Origin: Candidatus Nealsonbacteria bacterium
Lineage (GTDB): Bacteria > Patescibacteriota > Minisyncoccia > Minisyncoccales > JANBVM01
Assembly (NCBI GenBank): GCA_026016225.1
Contig: CP061210.1
Coordinates: 386,000 to 449,999, forward strand
Length of the DNA: 64,000 nucleotides
Reading direction: 5' to 3'
A model generated the notes under the pieces. The model had not been told where the DNA came from, made no database searches, and saw only the letters and a list, made by a program, of their open reading frames with translations. This document shows positions 20,878 to 30,371 of this stretch, in pieces (position 1 is the first letter of the stretch; every line of letters begins with the position of its first letter). Made by a program: the position numbers and the translations under genes.

Positions 20878-21750
20878 ATGAGATTTAATAAATTACTCAT
20901 AATCTTTGCAATCTTTCTGGGAATTTTTTTATTTTTGGGGGATGATTTATTGGATATATATTCAGAATTATCTCTGCAATTACCCCAGTTTGAAAAAGAA
21001 ATTGGAGATTTTTTGATAAAAGAAACTGAAAAACAGATTTTAACACCCCAACCTCTCCGGTCTCAAAGAGAAAATCCGGAAGCACTTTTAACTCAAAAAG
21101 GAATAATTAAGTGGACAAATATTCAAAGAGAAAAGTATGGCTTTTCTCCTCTTATAGAAAATGAAAAATTAAATGCCTCAGCAGAACTAAAAGTAGAAGA
21201 TATGTTTGAAAAACAATATTTTGCTCATTCTTCTCCTTTGGGTGTTGGGGTGGGGGATTTATTAGTAAATGTTGGCTATGAATTTATTATCATTGGGGAG
21301 AATTTAGCTCTTGGAGATTTTCAAACTGATGAAATACTTGTTCAGGCATGGATGGATAGTTTAGGTCATAGAGAGAACATTTTGAATACTCGCTATCAAG
21401 AAATTGGTGTAGCTGCGGTAAAAGGTATGTTTGAAGGAAAGTCTACATGGCTTGCAATACAGCATTTTGGGGTACCTCTTTCAACCTGTTCTCAGCCAGA
21501 TGAAATACTTGAGGTAGAAATTAAATTAAAACAAAATCAAATTGAGGAACTTCATAAAACTTTAATTGCTTTACAGGGAAAGATTAAAAACACGAAACCT
21601 AAGCGTGGAAGTTCCTATAAGGAAATGGTTGATAAATACAATACTTTAATTTCCCAATATAATATTCTGATTAATGAAACAGAAGTTTTAATTAATCAAT
21701 ACAACAACCAGGTTATATTATTTAATGAATGCGTTGTCGGAGTGGAATGA
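20878..21750 (+). CDS. secreted CAP/SCP (PR-1-like) domain protein with coiled-coil tail
   Basis: Signal/TM N-terminus and CAP motifs (YFAHSSP, GENLA, GHRENIL). ATG at 20878 preferred over the TTG at 20854. Confidence 0.7.
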   Translation: MRFNKLLIIFAIFLGIFLFLGDDLLDIYSELSLQLPQFEKEIGDFLIKETEKQILTPQPLRSQRENPEALLTQKGIIKWTNIQREKYGFSPLIENEKLNASAELKVEDMFEKQYFAHSSPLGVGVGDLLVNVGYEFIIIGENLALGDFQTDEILVQAWMDSLGHRENILNTRYQEIGVAAVKGMFEGKSTWLAIQHFGVPLSTCSQPDEILEVEIKLKQNQIEELHKTLIALQGKIKNTKPKRGSSYKEMVDKYNTLISQYNILINETEVLINQYNNQVILFNECVVGVE

Positions 21751-21905
21751 AAACCTTGAAAAATTTTGGATAGTGTTGTATATTAAAAATTGCAATAGAA
21801 CTTTTATATTAGAAGACGTTGACAAAGTTTTAAACTTTTTTTATTTTGAATAAGGATAGACTTTTTATATAGTTCTTTATAAAAAACAATATTGGAGGTG
21901 GAAAA

Positions 21906-22118
21906 ATGTACTTTTGTAAAGGATGCGGTATTTGGTTGCGAAGGCAATCAGGAAAATTGGTTGAGATAAATGGAGAAATTTTCTTTAAATGCAACTGTGG
22001 ATACTTGCATCCGAAAAAGGAAGTTTCAAAAGCTCCAAAAGAGCCGCATCCAAAAAATATGAAACCGTTAGTTAATTCTAACGGTTCAAAAATTTATTTT
22101 TACTTCCAAACAATTTGA
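21906..22118 (+). CDS. small zinc-ribbon protein
   Basis: CKGC...CNCG cysteine pairs. Strong SD GGAGGTGG 5 nt upstream of the ATG. Confidence 0.45.
   Translation: MYFCKGCGIWLRRQSGKLVEINGEIFFKCNCGYLHPKKEVSKAPKEPHPKNMKPLVNSNGSKIYFYFQTI
22063..22086. terminator. hairpin AACCGTTAG-ttaatt-CTAACGGTT between convergent genes
   Basis: 9-bp perfect stem with T/A-rich flanks. The same stem sequence recurs at 30557-30582, 34128-34152 and 35212-35238. Confidence 0.45.
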
Positions 22119-22149
22119 AACAGGAAAGATTAATAAAGGAAAGAAAAGG

Positions 22150-23904
22150 TTATTCTAACAATTCTATATCTCGCTCTGTTTCATATTTAAATTGAAGATG
22201 CCAGAGATAAGAATAAAGACCTTTCTTTTTCATTAATTCATCATGTGAGCCTGTTTCAGCAATTTGACTTTCCTCTAAGACAATAATTTTGTCAGCTTTC
22301 CTGAGTGTTGAAAAACGATGGGCAATAATTAAAACAGTTCTGTTTTTAGCAATTTTCCATAAAGCATTTTGAATTAGAACCTCTGATTCAGAATCCAAAT
22401 TACTGGTGGCTTCGTCAAAAATAATAATTTTTGGGTTAGTTAAAATCATTCTGGCAATAGCCAAGCGTTGCTTTTGGCCTCCGGAAAGTTTAATTCCTCT
22501 TTCACCTACCTGGGTTTTATATTTTAAAGGCAAACTCTCAATAAAGTTATAAAGGTTTGCCATTTTGGTAGCTTTTATAATATCTGTTTTTTTTGCCCGA
22601 GGATTACCGTAAGAAATATTAAAACCGATTGTGTTGTTAAAAAGTATTGGTTCTTGAGGGACAATTCCAATAAAAGAACGAAGTTGACTTTTAGTAAAAT
22701 TACGAATATTAATTCCATCAATTAATATTTTCCCTTTAGTAACGTCATAAAATCGTAATAAAAGACGGATAATGGTTGTTTTTCCGACTCCGGAACGACC
22801 TACAAAGGCAATAGAGTTACCAGGTTTAATATATAGATTAATGTTTTTTAAAACACCTTTTTTCCCATCAGGATAATCAAAAGTTACTTCTTCAAGCCTG
22901 ATTTCTCCCTTAACTTCTTTTATTTTAACTGGCTTTTTAGGGTCTTTAATTAAGATTTCGTTGTCAAGAATTGAAAAATAACGTTGGATATCAGCATAAT
23001 CTTTGGCAATTTCTCTTAAACTAAACAATAGGTCAAAAAAACGGAGATAAAAACCGGTGGTAAAACTAAAGACCATTACCAGGTCTCCTGTGCTGATTTC
23101 ACCCATCATCAGTTTCTGCACAACAATCCAAAGAATAGCTAACATGCCCAGGTTGGATAAGATACCAATTGTAATATCCATTAAGCGAAAACTATTTGCA
23201 TATCCCCAAAGTTTATCTAACCAGTCTTTGAATTCTTTTTTTAAACGTTTTTCTTCTTTTTTCTCTTGAGCGAAAAATTTAACAGTCTCATAGTTTATTA
23301 AATTATCAGTAATAATCGCGGAGATTCTGTCTTCAACTTTATTGAATATCTCCCTTTTTCTTATATTAAATTTAATCAAACGCCAACTAATAAAAGTATT
23401 ACCAACAAAAACTAAAAGCATTAACAAAGCAATAGAAGGTGTGATTTGGATGAAGAAAAACAAAACAACCAGGGAACTGATTACGATTTTAGATACGTGA
23501 ATGTTTAAGTTATGAAAAAGACTAAAAAAGGCATTATCACCTCTTTTAAAAGCACTAATCAAAGAACCTGTACTTTTATTGACGTGAAAAGCAAAATCTA
23601 AATCCTGAACGCGTCTAAAGATTTTAATTCTTGCATCTCTGCCAGCCGGAATAAGAGCTTTATCTCCCAGGTAGAAACTTAAAGTATTTAAAAGATTAGC
23701 TCCGATTCTGATACAGGCAAATAAAATGATAAGTTTTAAAAGGAATTGATAGTTTCCCGATGGGATGGCGTCTACCAAAAGTTTGTAAATGTAGGGTGTA
23801 AGATTTTGTAATATTGTCGCAATAGTCAACACAAAAACGAAGGCAATAAAGGCCTTTTTGTAATTAAATAAAAACTGATAAAATCTTTTAAATACTTTGA
23901 GCAT
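22150..23904 (-). CDS. ABC exporter, fused permease/ATPase (MsbA-like)
   Basis: Six N-terminal TM helices, Walker A GRSGVGKTT, signature LSGGQKQR, Walker B IIIFDEATS. Confidence 0.9.
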   Translation of the reverse strand: MLKVFKRFYQFLFNYKKAFIAFVFVLTIATILQNLTPYIYKLLVDAIPSGNYQFLLKLIILFACIRIGANLLNTLSFYLGDKALIPAGRDARIKIFRRVQDLDFAFHVNKSTGSLISAFKRGDNAFFSLFHNLNIHVSKIVISSLVVLFFFIQITPSIALLMLLVFVGNTFISWRLIKFNIRKREIFNKVEDRISAIITDNLINYETVKFFAQEKKEEKRLKKEFKDWLDKLWGYANSFRLMDITIGILSNLGMLAILWIVVQKLMMGEISTGDLVMVFSFTTGFYLRFFDLLFSLREIAKDYADIQRYFSILDNEILIKDPKKPVKIKEVKGEIRLEEVTFDYPDGKKGVLKNINLYIKPGNSIAFVGRSGVGKTTIIRLLLRFYDVTKGKILIDGINIRNFTKSQLRSFIGIVPQEPILFNNTIGFNISYGNPRAKKTDIIKATKMANLYNFIESLPLKYKTQVGERGIKLSGGQKQRLAIARMILTNPKIIIFDEATSNLDSESEVLIQNALWKIAKNRTVLIIAHRFSTLRKADKIIVLEESQIAETGSHDELMKKKGLYSYLWHLQFKYETERDIELLE

Positions 23905-24071
23905 AATTTATATTATACAGTAAAAACCAAATTTGTAAAACTTTAACACTCATGAAAAATTATTTATTCTCTTTTTTTCTTTATATTAACTCATTAAGTG
24001 ATGTTTTTTTTGATAGAATAAAGTATTACTTTAGCAGTTTCTTTAATAATTAAAGAAACTATCTTAATAGA

Positions 24072-24644
24072 ATGAAAAAGAAAAACAAAAAATTAACCAG
24101 AAGTTTTTACACTAAATCGACTTTAGAGGTGGCGAAAAAGCTTTTAGGTAAATACATTGTTAGAAAGGTTGGAAGGAAAAAGCTATCTGGTAAAATTATA
24201 GAAATAGAAGCTTATATTGGACCTCAAGATAAAGCCTCCCATGCTTACGGAGGCAAAGTTACTCCTCGCAATAAAGCAGAATATTTAATTGGTGGCCACA
24301 TTTATATTTATTTGGTTTATGGAATGTATTGGCAGTTAAATATTTCAACATATAAAGCAGGAAAACCAGAATGTGTTTTAATTAGAGCATTAGATTCAAA
24401 TCTAAAAACTTTAGCCTCAGGTCCCGGAAAACTTTGTCAATATTTAAAATTGGATAAATCATTTTACGGTGAAGACCTAATTAAAAGCAAAAGGATTTGG
24501 CTGGAAAATAGGGGAGTAAATATTAAACCATCTCAGATTGTAGCTGCAAAAAGAGTGGGTATTGATTATGCTGGTTCTTATTGGGCAAATAAAAAATGGC
24601 GATTTTTACTAAAAGACGATGAATTCCCTAAGTTGAAAAATTAG
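24072..24644 (+). CDS. mpg: DNA-3-methyladenine glycosylase (Mpg/AAG family)
   Basis: VAKKLLGKYIV, IEIEAYIGPQDKASHAY, TPRN, YIYLVYGMYWQLNI. Confidence 0.8.
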   Translation: MKKKNKKLTRSFYTKSTLEVAKKLLGKYIVRKVGRKKLSGKIIEIEAYIGPQDKASHAYGGKVTPRNKAEYLIGGHIYIYLVYGMYWQLNISTYKAGKPECVLIRALDSNLKTLASGPGKLCQYLKLDKSFYGEDLIKSKRIWLENRGVNIKPSQIVAAKRVGIDYAGSYWANKKWRFLLKDDEFPKLKN

Positions 24645-24664
24645 TGAGGATAGCACTATAACTA

Positions 24665-24693
24665 AAGCCCCGCAAAATTCTTGCGGGGCTTTA
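24665..24693. terminator. bidirectional rho-independent terminator
   Basis: AAAGCCCCGCAA-aattc-TTGCGGGGCTTT between convergent mpg and the zinc-ribbon gene. Confidence 0.65.
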
Positions 24694-24710
24694 TTATTCT
24701 GAGTTATCGC

Positions 24711-24902
24711 CTAATATCTTTGAGGTCCTCGTTGAGTTCTTCGCTTGGCATGACATTCTCTGCAATAAATTGGTCTGTCTGCTGACGGCTCAAATGGAAG
24801 TTCGGTTATCTCTTTTCCGCAATCAGCACATTTCCAATTTCCCTGGTACATCTTTCGGTCAGAAAAATCTCTTTTTGGGCGATCTCTAAAGTCGTTGAAC
24901 AT
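24711..24902 (-). CDS. small zinc-ribbon protein with basic tail, putative nucleic-acid binding
   Basis: CADCGKEITELPFEPSADRPIYCRECH (CxxC-x17-CxxC). Confidence 0.6.
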   Translation of the reverse strand: MFNDFRDRPKRDFSDRKMYQGNWKCADCGKEITELPFEPSADRPIYCRECHAKRRTQRGPQRY

Positions 24903-25119
24903 ACTAAATTAAGATCGTAAATCCAAGCTTTAAGTTTCAGAACTTAAAGCTTATTTGAACGCTTAGTTAGAATTAAATTAAAAGCGACCTTTTGATTACT
25001 AAGCCGTTCTATTTTCCGATCTTTATTTTTAGAAAAGATTGTTTAAATGTTTCGACTTATAATCTGAGTAGAATAATAGCATGTTATTCTAAGCAAGTCA
25101 ACTTATATTGTACTTTGGC

Positions 25120-25162
25120 AAATAATGTGTGTAGATGTCAGACTTAATATTGTGCAACATTT
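25120..25162. repeat. left copy of a 43-bp inverted repeat (partner 37354..37396); its inner end is a TTGTGCAACAT site
   Basis: Hand alignment gives 39 of 43 identical to the reverse complement of 37354-37396. Weaker similarity continues outward to about 25101. Confidence 0.8.
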
Positions 25163-25232
25163 ATTATTTAATTTTAGATATCCGAGAGTTTTTCTCAGAT
25201 TTTTTACATTATATTTATAACAGCGGACAATC

Positions 25233-25251
25233 TATGTTGTGCGACATTAAA
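25233..25251 (+). repeat. island site copy (TATGTTGTGCGACATTAAA)
   Basis: Core TTGTGCGACAT, about 40 bp upstream of the lexA promoter. Confidence 0.7.
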
Positions 25252-25291
25252 ACTAGTATTGCCAGAAAATGAGTTATCCACAGATATATTC

Positions 25292-25320
25292 TTGACACCC
25301 GACCAAATGGTCGGTATTAT
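25292..25320 (+). promoter_or_regulatory. lexA promoter with a 16-bp perfect palindrome filling the spacer
   Basis: TTGACA 25292-25297, 17-nt spacer containing CCGACCAAATGGTCGG (25299-25314), TATTAT 25315-25320, then AAGAAGGA and the ATG at 25331. Confidence 0.5.
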
Positions 25321-25330
25321 AAGAAGGAAT

Positions 25331-25945
25331 ATGAAGAAAAAAAATATTACTAAAAGACAAAAAGAGGTATTACAGATAATTTACGATAATATAAAAGATT
25401 TCGGTTTTCCTCCTTCCTTTAGTGAATTAAAAGAAGGGTTGGGTATATCCTCGAATCAATCACTTTTAGATTTTTTTACAGTATTGGAAAGAAAAGACCT
25501 GATTATTAGAGAAGAAGGTTCAGCCCGGGGTATTAGAATTCTCAAAAAGGGATACAAAGCAATCAGTGCCAGGCCCTTGGCTCCGATAGTTGGTAGTACT
25601 TCAGCAGGTGAGTTTATTGAAGCTATAGAAGAAATTGATGCTTGGATACCTTTATCAAAAGATACAGAAATCATTTCTGATAATGTAATCGTCACAAGAA
25701 TTATTGGAAACTCAATGATAGGGGCCGGTATCGAAGATGGGGATTTGGTTTTATTCAAAAAAACAAATGAGTTTTCCTCTGGAGATATTGTTTTGGCCCA
25801 GACTCCTGATGGCACTACTGTTAAACGATTTATTTCTCAAGACAAACCCCCGTATCAGTTTTTAAAGCCGGAAAATCCTAAATATAAAATTATTCTTTTT
25901 ACTGATGAAATGGAAATGATTGGTAAAATGATTAAAAAATTATAA
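25331..25945 (+). CDS. lexA: LexA-type repressor (wHTH + S24 autopeptidase)
   Basis: LexA DNA-binding N-domain, Ala-Gly cleavage site (STSAGEF), catalytic Ser in GNSM and Lys in VKRF. Start moved from the TTG at 25259 to the ATG at 25331 because of the internal promoter. Confidence 0.8.
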   Translation: MKKKNITKRQKEVLQIIYDNIKDFGFPPSFSELKEGLGISSNQSLLDFFTVLERKDLIIREEGSARGIRILKKGYKAISARPLAPIVGSTSAGEFIEAIEEIDAWIPLSKDTEIISDNVIVTRIIGNSMIGAGIEDGDLVLFKKTNEFSSGDIVLAQTPDGTTVKRFISQDKPPYQFLKPENPKYKIILFTDEMEMIGKMIKKL

Positions 25946-25947
25946 AT

Positions 25948-26727
25948 ATGTCTAAGAAAATCTGGGAAAATTTTGAAGAGACAAAGTTATATAAAAATTG
26001 GGCCAGTTTTCTTCAGGCATTTTTTAGTCCTTATCCTTTAATATTTTTAGTTTTATCAATTCTTTCTATTTGGCTTTCTTTTAAATATAAAGAAAACATG
26101 CCATTTTCGGTATTAGTCACCATAATTGCAGCGTTTTTTTCTGGATTGGCTGGTGGTTTTATTAAGGATGAATTCAGTAGCTTAATGTTGGAAAAAAAAG
26201 GAAGATCTGCAGTAAGGAATTTAGAATCTATAAATCAGCAAATTTATAAAATACGGGGCTGGATTAAAGAATTTGTAAAAGGTAAAAGAGCTAAAGAAAG
26301 CTTAAAAGAAACAGATCGTCATCTAAGTATGGCAGAATTTAACATTCAAGCTGGCATAGAGGACTGGATTGATGTAGTGCCCGAACTGGGTATTTTTTCT
26401 AAAATTATAAGAAATCAAGAAACCGCTTTGTTTATAGGAAAGGAAAAGATAGCCTCAATAGAAAGAGAATTATTAAAAGTTAGAGATAATAGAGAGGTAA
26501 AAAAGAAACTAGCAGAGCAAAAAAAGCAAATCAGAAATTTAGAAAACACCATCTATAAGTTTAAAAAAGAACGTAGTTCAATAATAAGTAGTTTTTCATT
26601 AGTCGCCCCCTATCATTTTAAAAATTTAAATGTAAATGACTTAGAGGAGCAGATAAAATATTTATTAGAACAACTTGCCGAATTACAAAATGAACTGAGG
26701 AGACTGGAAGACAAAGAGAAAAAATAA
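25948..26727 (+). CDS. hypothetical 2-TM protein with long C-terminal coiled coil, co-transcribed with lexA
   Basis: 2-nt gap after lexA, two hydrophobic helices near the N-terminus, heptad-rich C-terminus. No motif recognised. Confidence 0.55.
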   Translation: MSKKIWENFEETKLYKNWASFLQAFFSPYPLIFLVLSILSIWLSFKYKENMPFSVLVTIIAAFFSGLAGGFIKDEFSSLMLEKKGRSAVRNLESINQQIYKIRGWIKEFVKGKRAKESLKETDRHLSMAEFNIQAGIEDWIDVVPELGIFSKIIRNQETALFIGKEKIASIERELLKVRDNREVKKKLAEQKKQIRNLENTIYKFKKERSSIISSFSLVAPYHFKNLNVNDLEEQIKYLLEQLAELQNELRRLEDKEKK

Positions 26728-26745
26728 ATATTGTGCGGTATCTAA
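26727..26745 (+). repeat. weak island site copy (AAATATTGTGCGGTATCTA)
   Basis: Shares ATATTGTGCG and overlaps the stop codon of the preceding gene. Confidence 0.45.
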
Positions 26746-26842
26746 GGATAAACATATAGATAGGTATTTATTCTACTTTGAATTTTTGAAGAAAATAGAG
26801 TTATTATAAAAGTAGAATCAATTAGTTTTCGTTTTATGTAAT

Positions 26843-28027
26843 ATGGGAGTAAAACAAGCAATTAGACAAAAAAAGCAACTTGGGCAATTTTTGACCAGGA
26901 ACTCAGACTACATTTTGAGAGATTTAGATAAGTACATTAAAGGTAAAGAAGTTGTTGACCCTTTTGCTGGAGAAGGAGATTTAATGGATTGGGCGAAACG
27001 TAATAAAGCAAAAAAAGTAATAGGTTATGATGTTGATGATAAATATGTAAACGGAAAAGATATTTTTTCAAACGATAGTCTTTTAAATCCGTTAGAATAT
27101 AAGTTTGTTTTAACTAATCCTCCGTATTTAAATATTAACAAAGCGAACAAGAAAACAAAGGATAAATATTTTAGTAAGTCCAAATTTGAAGATTTATATC
27201 AGATTTCCCTTTTTTCTATCCTTAATAGTGAAGAAGGAATTGTTATCGTTCCGATAAATTTTTTATCGGCTAGAAATTCAAAAAAAATTAAAAATATATT
27301 TTTTGATAAGTTTGAGATAGTAGAAATGAATTATTTTAAACATCAGGTTTTTCCCGATACGACTAATAATGTAATAGCTTTTTATTATAAAAAGAAAAAA
27401 AATCCCTTAAGTGATAGATTTTCTATTAAAACTCATATTTACCCAGGGAATAAAATATTTGACATTGAATTAAAAAGGAATTCTTTTTGGAACATACACG
27501 GAGATTTTTTGGACATTATTAAAAAGCAAAAAAATAATTTAGGAATTTCTAGATTAGTCGAGAGAGATGTTTGCAGAAAAAGAGGTCAAGTAGAAATACC
27601 GGCTGCATACAACCACATAGAAAGCATTAAGAGAGTAAAAGTTTCTGAAGACCTTTATAATGCAATAAAATCAAATATAATTTTATTAAAAGCAATTGAT
27701 AGCGGAACAGATAGTGGCAAGATTTCTCTTGAAGATATAAGAAAGTACGGCGTTAAATGCTTAGTAAGTAAAGAATCATCACGGCATATGATTTATCTCA
27801 TTTTTAAAGAGAAAATTTCTATTACAGAACAAAAAAGAATTATAAATATTTTTAATCAAGAACTGAATAGAATGAGAGACAAATATTTATCACTTTTTCT
27901 GACTAATTATCGAGACAATGATCGAAAAAGAATATCTTTCGATTTTGTTTACAAATTTATAAATTATATATATTTTAATAAAGTTAATCCTGAAAATAAT
28001 CAAAAATTGTTATTTCAGACAAAATGA
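26843..28027 (+). CDS. N6-adenine DNA methyltransferase (gamma-class, type II)
   Basis: Motif I VVDPFAGEGDL followed by motif IV LTNPPYL. Confidence 0.8.
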   Translation: MGVKQAIRQKKQLGQFLTRNSDYILRDLDKYIKGKEVVDPFAGEGDLMDWAKRNKAKKVIGYDVDDKYVNGKDIFSNDSLLNPLEYKFVLTNPPYLNINKANKKTKDKYFSKSKFEDLYQISLFSILNSEEGIVIVPINFLSARNSKKIKNIFFDKFEIVEMNYFKHQVFPDTTNNVIAFYYKKKKNPLSDRFSIKTHIYPGNKIFDIELKRNSFWNIHGDFLDIIKKQKNNLGISRLVERDVCRKRGQVEIPAAYNHIESIKRVKVSEDLYNAIKSNIILLKAIDSGTDSGKISLEDIRKYGVKCLVSKESSRHMIYLIFKEKISITEQKRIINIFNQELNRMRDKYLSLFLTNYRDNDRKRISFDFVYKFINYIYFNKVNPENNQKLLFQTK

Positions 28028-28800
28028 ATAAATGGGTTAAAAAAAGCATAAATTTAGCTAATTCTCGGGGATATCTCGATAGACTTTTTGAGGTCTATCC
28101 TATTGAAATGGGAGCAATTAGAGGCTTACCTAAAGGAACAAAAGCAAAGGTTAAGAATGTGCTTAAGACTAAAAATAAATTACATTTAATAGAAACTCTT
28201 TTAAAATTATCTAAATTTCCAATAGACGATCCCTATATTGCTTCTTTGAGAAGACACCCCCACTTATTAAAGAAAAACCCTAAAACAATCAAAAGAATTG
28301 GCAAAAGATTATTGTCGATGGGTTTGGGTACTATATTAAAGTTAGTCGCTAAACCAAAATCACCATCAAGGCAGCTTGGTCATAGTTTTAAAAATTGGTT
28401 GTTAACAAAAAAATATCCATTTCTAAAAGAGAATGAATTTAAAGAAACCAATAAAGTAGCATTTTTAGAGGGAAGTGATAAAAAATTAAAAGAGTTCGTC
28501 ATTAATGAGTTAAAAATTAGAAGTTTAAAAAGAAGACCAGACTTTATATTGAAAACAAAGAATAAATTTATCCTTGGAGAAGCTAAATTTTTAACTGATT
28601 ATGGTGGAACACAAAATAACCAGTTTGATGGAGCTTTAACAATGACAAAAATCAAAAGAGATAAAATTATAGGCATTGCTGTATTAGATGGTATTGCGTG
28701 GTTTAAAAGTAATTCTTATATGTATAAAACGCTAAACAAGTTGAATAGAATAGCAATAAGTGCGTTATTGTTGGAAGAATTTATTAAAAAGGGACCATGA
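28024..28800 (+). CDS. putative type II restriction endonuclease (PD-(D/E)xK)
   Basis: RRPDFILKTKNKFILGEAKF fits PD...ExK. 4-nt ATGA overlap with the methyltransferase. Confidence 0.6.
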   Translation: MNKWVKKSINLANSRGYLDRLFEVYPIEMGAIRGLPKGTKAKVKNVLKTKNKLHLIETLLKLSKFPIDDPYIASLRRHPHLLKKNPKTIKRIGKRLLSMGLGTILKLVAKPKSPSRQLGHSFKNWLLTKKYPFLKENEFKETNKVAFLEGSDKKLKEFVINELKIRSLKRRPDFILKTKNKFILGEAKFLTDYGGTQNNQFDGALTMTKIKRDKIIGIAVLDGIAWFKSNSYMYKTLNKLNRIAISALLLEEFIKKGP

Positions 28801-28869
28801 GAATATTTATTTTGACTAAAGCAAAAAACCCCTCGTTGGGTATTTTTTTAACGCTTGACAAACATCATT

Positions 28870-29193
28870 ATGATGCAGCATATGAATGAAAATAATATAA
28901 CATCCGGCTATAATGCAGTAAAAAGATTAGCGAGAGAACATTCAGGCTGGCTTCCAATAGTTGAAGCTTGTTTAGAAGAGGCGAAAATTACAAGGGGTGA
29001 ATTTGCTGGAGCTTGGGTATTGAAGCAAGCCAAGAAAAAGGGAATAAATTGGTTTCCAAATTTGAGGTTACTTGTTGGTTATGGGATTTTAAAGCATGAA
29101 GATACTACGCGAGGTGGTAGAAGGGCATATTATATAATTCCCGATCCAGAAGGAGTAGCAAGAGCATTACAAGAAATAAGAAAAAAGATTTAA
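28870..29193 (+). CDS. hypothetical winged-helix-like protein
   Basis: C-terminal LRLLVGYGILKHEDTTRGGRRAYYII looks like a wHTH wing. Start is ambiguous (TTG 28855 or ATG 28870). Confidence 0.4.
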   Translation: MMQHMNENNITSGYNAVKRLAREHSGWLPIVEACLEEAKITRGEFAGAWVLKQAKKKGINWFPNLRLLVGYGILKHEDTTRGGRRAYYIIPDPEGVARALQEIRKKI

Positions 29194-29311
29194 TCTTTTA
29201 AAAGTTGAAAGATTATTAATTCAGTTGTAGTGAAATTGCCGAGACATTCGTGAAACTTACCAAAGAACAAAGTTTTAGTTTTTGGGAGTAAAAAGTTAAA
29301 ACAAGTTTTTT

Positions 29312-29788
29312 ATGACCAAGGAAGATTTTGAGAAAATTAAAGAATTAGAAGATAAAGCTCGCAAAATAGAGAGCGAGGCTAAAAGATTAAAAGGCAGTGG
29401 AGAATATGATTTGAGTGTAAGGCGCTCGCAAGAAGCTTTTGAACTTTATTTAAAATTTATTTTTACAGTTTTAGACAAAGAAGTACGTGAAATTTGGGGT
29501 CATGAATTAAGCAGTTTAATTGATAAAGAAACGGAGGCTATCAAGAAAATTTTAAAAGAATATCTCAATTTTTCGGAAAGCTATATTGATGAAATAATGG
29601 CCCGTATCAAATTAGGAAGCCTCACTTTAAACTTATGGCGAAATTTAGCTTTTTACGGTGATGAAAAACTTAAAAAGTATAAGTTTTTTAAACAGAAAGA
29701 GGCCGAGCTTGCGTTAGAATATGTCTCTGAATTATCTACATTGAGTGCATGGATAAAAAATTATTTCAATAATAAATTTTATTCATGA
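29312..29788 (+). CDS. HEPN-domain protein
   Basis: All-helical, Rx4H motif in VREIWGHEL, later RNLAFYGD, as in PF05168-type HEPN proteins. No adjacent minimal nucleotidyltransferase. Confidence 0.5.
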   Translation: MTKEDFEKIKELEDKARKIESEAKRLKGSGEYDLSVRRSQEAFELYLKFIFTVLDKEVREIWGHELSSLIDKETEAIKKILKEYLNFSESYIDEIMARIKLGSLTLNLWRNLAFYGDEKLKKYKFFKQKEAELALEYVSELSTLSAWIKNYFNNKFYS

Positions 29789-29854
29789 TCACCTGTTTCA
29801 TTATCCAAAAATCGCAACTTGATTGCGTGCATCGGCTGAATTTTACTTAAATAT

Positions 29855-30241
29855 ATGACTACAAAATTTTGTACAGGCTGTAATAAAGAAAAGGAGATTA
29901 TTAAAACTGTCAAAGAAAAAAATACAACCACTCATTTTTTGTCTTGTGGCCATAAATTTGTTGAAGTTGTTTTGCAAGATTCTGTGAATGTTAAATCATC
30001 TATTCAAATGAGAATGAAGAGAGGAGAAAAAAGCTGGAATTATATTTATTATACCTTCAGTGTTTTATTAGCAGTTTTTTCTTTCATAATTGGTATTGGT
30101 AATATTTGGTGGGTTTATAAAGTCTTTATCTTTATAATAGGAGCATTCTTTTTATATTGGTTATGTTTTTGCAGCGCTTGGTTTCAAAACAAAATTATTG
30201 GTTTTAAGATAAAATTAGAAAATACATGGAGAAAATTATAA
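29855..30241 (+). CDS. zinc-ribbon protein with C-terminal 2-3 TM helices
   Basis: CTGC...SCGH ribbon, then a hydrophobic segment YIYYTFSVLLAVFSFIIGIGNIWWVYKVFIFIIGAFFLYWLCF. Confidence 0.5.
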   Translation: MTTKFCTGCNKEKEIIKTVKEKNTTTHFLSCGHKFVEVVLQDSVNVKSSIQMRMKRGEKSWNYIYYTFSVLLAVFSFIIGIGNIWWVYKVFIFIIGAFFLYWLCFCSAWFQNKIIGFKIKLENTWRKL

Positions 30242-30371
30242 AATTTAACTTAGCTCACAAAAATTGCTAATTTAGTCTACCAATCTCACGAAGCCTGCAA
30301 AAAAGCAAAGGAATTATTGGATGAAGCTAAACAAAAGGTCGATTGAGTATATTAAATAATTAAAAAATAAA

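Noticed and set aside
25259-25330. TTG start at 25259 giving a 228-aa LexA
   Set aside because: A near-consensus promoter plus an SD-like AAGAAGGA lies inside this extension. The ATG at 25331 gives the standard LexA length and starts right at the wHTH.
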